From contig CBDHHL010000032.1 in assembly GCA_965263355.1 (NCBI GenBank), positions 384,001-448,000 on the forward strand: a DNA stretch of 64,000 nucleotides. Reading direction: 5' to 3'. The notes beneath the pieces are model-generated. The model was not told the origin of the DNA. It saw only the letters and a list, made by a program, of their open reading frames with translations, and searched no databases. This stretch comes from Leptolyngbyaceae cyanobacterium (lineage in GTDB: Bacteria > Cyanobacteriota > Cyanobacteriia > Phormidesmidales > Phormidesmidaceae). Positions 62,552 through 64,000 of the stretch are shown piece by piece (position 1 is the first letter of the stretch; every line of letters begins with the position of its first letter). Both the position numbers and the translations under genes were made by a program.

Positions 62552-64000
62552 CTAACGTCGCTGACGATACCGTCGATACATTAAAAGACTGCTGCTGGCC
62601 AGGGTAAAGGCAGCTATGGGCGCAACCACTGGTACCCAAGCATTGGTTAAAAAGAATAGGACAGTGATTCCTGCGATCGCAACGACCCCCACACCATAGG
62701 CCATCACCAAATATCGACGTTTACGCAGCTGCCAGGTTAACAGGCTACCGCCGCTAGCCCATAGAATCACCCAGCCAATTTCTAGGCTGTCAGACCAGGC
62801 CCACGGTAGGGGATAGCCATCTAAAACAGCGCTGAGAAATTGACTTACCATGTGCAAGTGCACCTCCACTCCTGACATTTGGTACTTGTCGCTACTGATA
62901 TCGCTACGTAGGGTGTAAGGGGTAAAAAACTTATCAGTGCTGGTGTAGGCTGTGGTACCTATCAGCACCACTTTATTGGTAATCAACTTGGGATCAACAC
63001 CATTATTTAGAATGTCTGTCAGGGAGACTTGCTCAGCCACTTTAGTGGGGGAGCGATAGGTAATTGGGATCTGGTGCCCCATGGAATCAGCGGCCTGATA
63101 GCCCCCAAAGGTAGGACCCATTTCCCGAAAGCCCACATCACCGATGGCCATAAATTCAGTCTCTACAAGGCTGTCGGAGGATTGTAAATTATGCTGTTCA
63201 TATAAGTAGTGTAGGGCTACCAGGAGACCAAATGAGGTATACACGTCAGCGTTTGGCTCAGTACTGTCACTGGCAAACAAAAGATTGCGACGGATTTTAC
63301 CGTCTGGATCTAGGGGAAAGTCGTTAAAACTGACCTGGGCAGGATTTAACTCTGGTGGTGGTGGGATTCTTTCCCCTTCAAAGTCACCAAGCTTGGTAAT
63401 GCCGATAATATTATCAGCAGCTAAACTGCGAGCTAATGCTGCTCTGCCCTCTCCTACTGGGAAATTGCGATGTAGGTCCAAACCAATGGTCGTTGGATTA
63501 TGGCTTTGAATAATCTCAATAGCGTCGGCAATTGACTGGTCAGACGGACTATCACTTTGTTGATTGTTGAGATCTTGTTCGTTAATGCCAACCAGCAAGA
63601 TCCGGGGGTCTGGTCCTAGATCGCGCTGGTAAGCTACTAGCCCGTCATATACCCTGAGTTCTAAGGGGACCAAGGCACCCAGCTGGCGGAGCCCTAAAAT
63701 CAAGGCACTGGTAAAGGCGGTTGCGATCGCAACCGCCCGAATACTTTCCCTACGTGTGGGCTGCCATACCGTTGCCTGGGGCAAAAACGTCTCAGCCATG
63801 GTTAACTGATCGGCTTTCTCAGCCAGTTCATCTAAACGGCCTAAATCATGCAGTACCTCTGCAACAGATTGATAGCGTTGATAGAAATAATGGCGCACCA
63901 TCTTTTTTAGCAAATACCTGAGCCCTGGGCTAACGTTGGCATAGTCCTCCCAACGCAGTTCCAAGGAAGACATATCCTCAGGTAAATCGGTAGGCGAGCG
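62552..64000 (-). CDS. Ser/Thr kinase-CHASE2 membrane protein (5'-truncated by window edge)
   Basis: Frame is open to the window end. Kinase C-lobe tail (LKKMVR...RYQSVAEVL), TM, CHASE2 (DPRILLVGI.E.D, IGLD, DPDG.IRR, KVVLIG, GVEVH), three TM helices. Confidence 0.85.
   Translation of the reverse strand, partial: RSPTDLPEDMSSLELRWEDYANVSPGLRYLLKKMVRHYFYQRYQSVAEVLHDLGRLDELAEKADQLTMAETFLPQATVWQPTRRESIRAVAIATAFTSALILGLRQLGALVPLELRVYDGLVAYQRDLGPDPRILLVGINEQDLNNQQSDSPSDQSIADAIEIIQSHNPTTIGLDLHRNFPVGEGRAALARSLAADNIIGITKLGDFEGERIPPPPELNPAQVSFNDFPLDPDGKIRRNLLFASDSTEPNADVYTSFGLLVALHYLYEQHNLQSSDSLVETEFMAIGDVGFREMGPTFGGYQAADSMGHQIPITYRSPTKVAEQVSLTDILNNGVDPKLITNKVVLIGTTAYTSTDKFFTPYTLRSDISSDKYQMSGVEVHLHMVSQFLSAVLDGYPLPWAWSDSLEIGWVILWASGGSLLTWQLRKRRYLVMAYGVGVVAIAGITVLFFLTNAWVPVVAPIAAFTLASSSLLMYRRYRQRR

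Larger units (their letters stand above)
2564..63731. repeat. Dispersed HIP1 octamer GCGATCGC
   Basis: About 27 copies counted by eye (e.g. near 4119, 6956, 11204, 14159, 18111, 27912, 42131, 57472, 63723). Confidence 0.9.

Overview
Chromosomal window from a cyanobacterium, probably a filamentous Leptolyngbya-like lineage (inferred from dense HIP1 GCGATCGC sites, mostly TGCGATCGCA, and typical cyanobacterial gene families). It opens with a bcsB-bcsA cellulose synthase pair and a pix/che-like taxis operon: PatA-type regulator, CheY, CheW, an MCP carrying a DXCF cyanobacteriochrome GAF domain, and a CheA split by a single frameshift. About 22-29.7 kb is an accessory patch: two Uma2 nucleases, a DUF29 gene between direct repeats, a pentapeptide protein with an unrecognised C-terminal domain, a cupin, a 92-bp IS4-like MITE with target-site duplication, a degenerate NYN/LabA protein and an internally deleted phytochrome-type kinase. 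The rest is mostly housekeeping (birA, men genes, mutS2, upp, recJ, accB-efp, thiL, carA, mrnC-rlmB, msrB). Small-scale features include a phnL relic, GTAG-REP-like palindromes (one translated inside mutS2), an uncalled 37-aa membrane peptide and a STAS gene that probably starts at ATC/ATT. I saw no rRNA, tRNA, CRISPR array, intact transposase or prophage. I cannot demonstrate a complete new system; the candidates are listed as findings. All family calls come from motif recognition by eye, not database searches.
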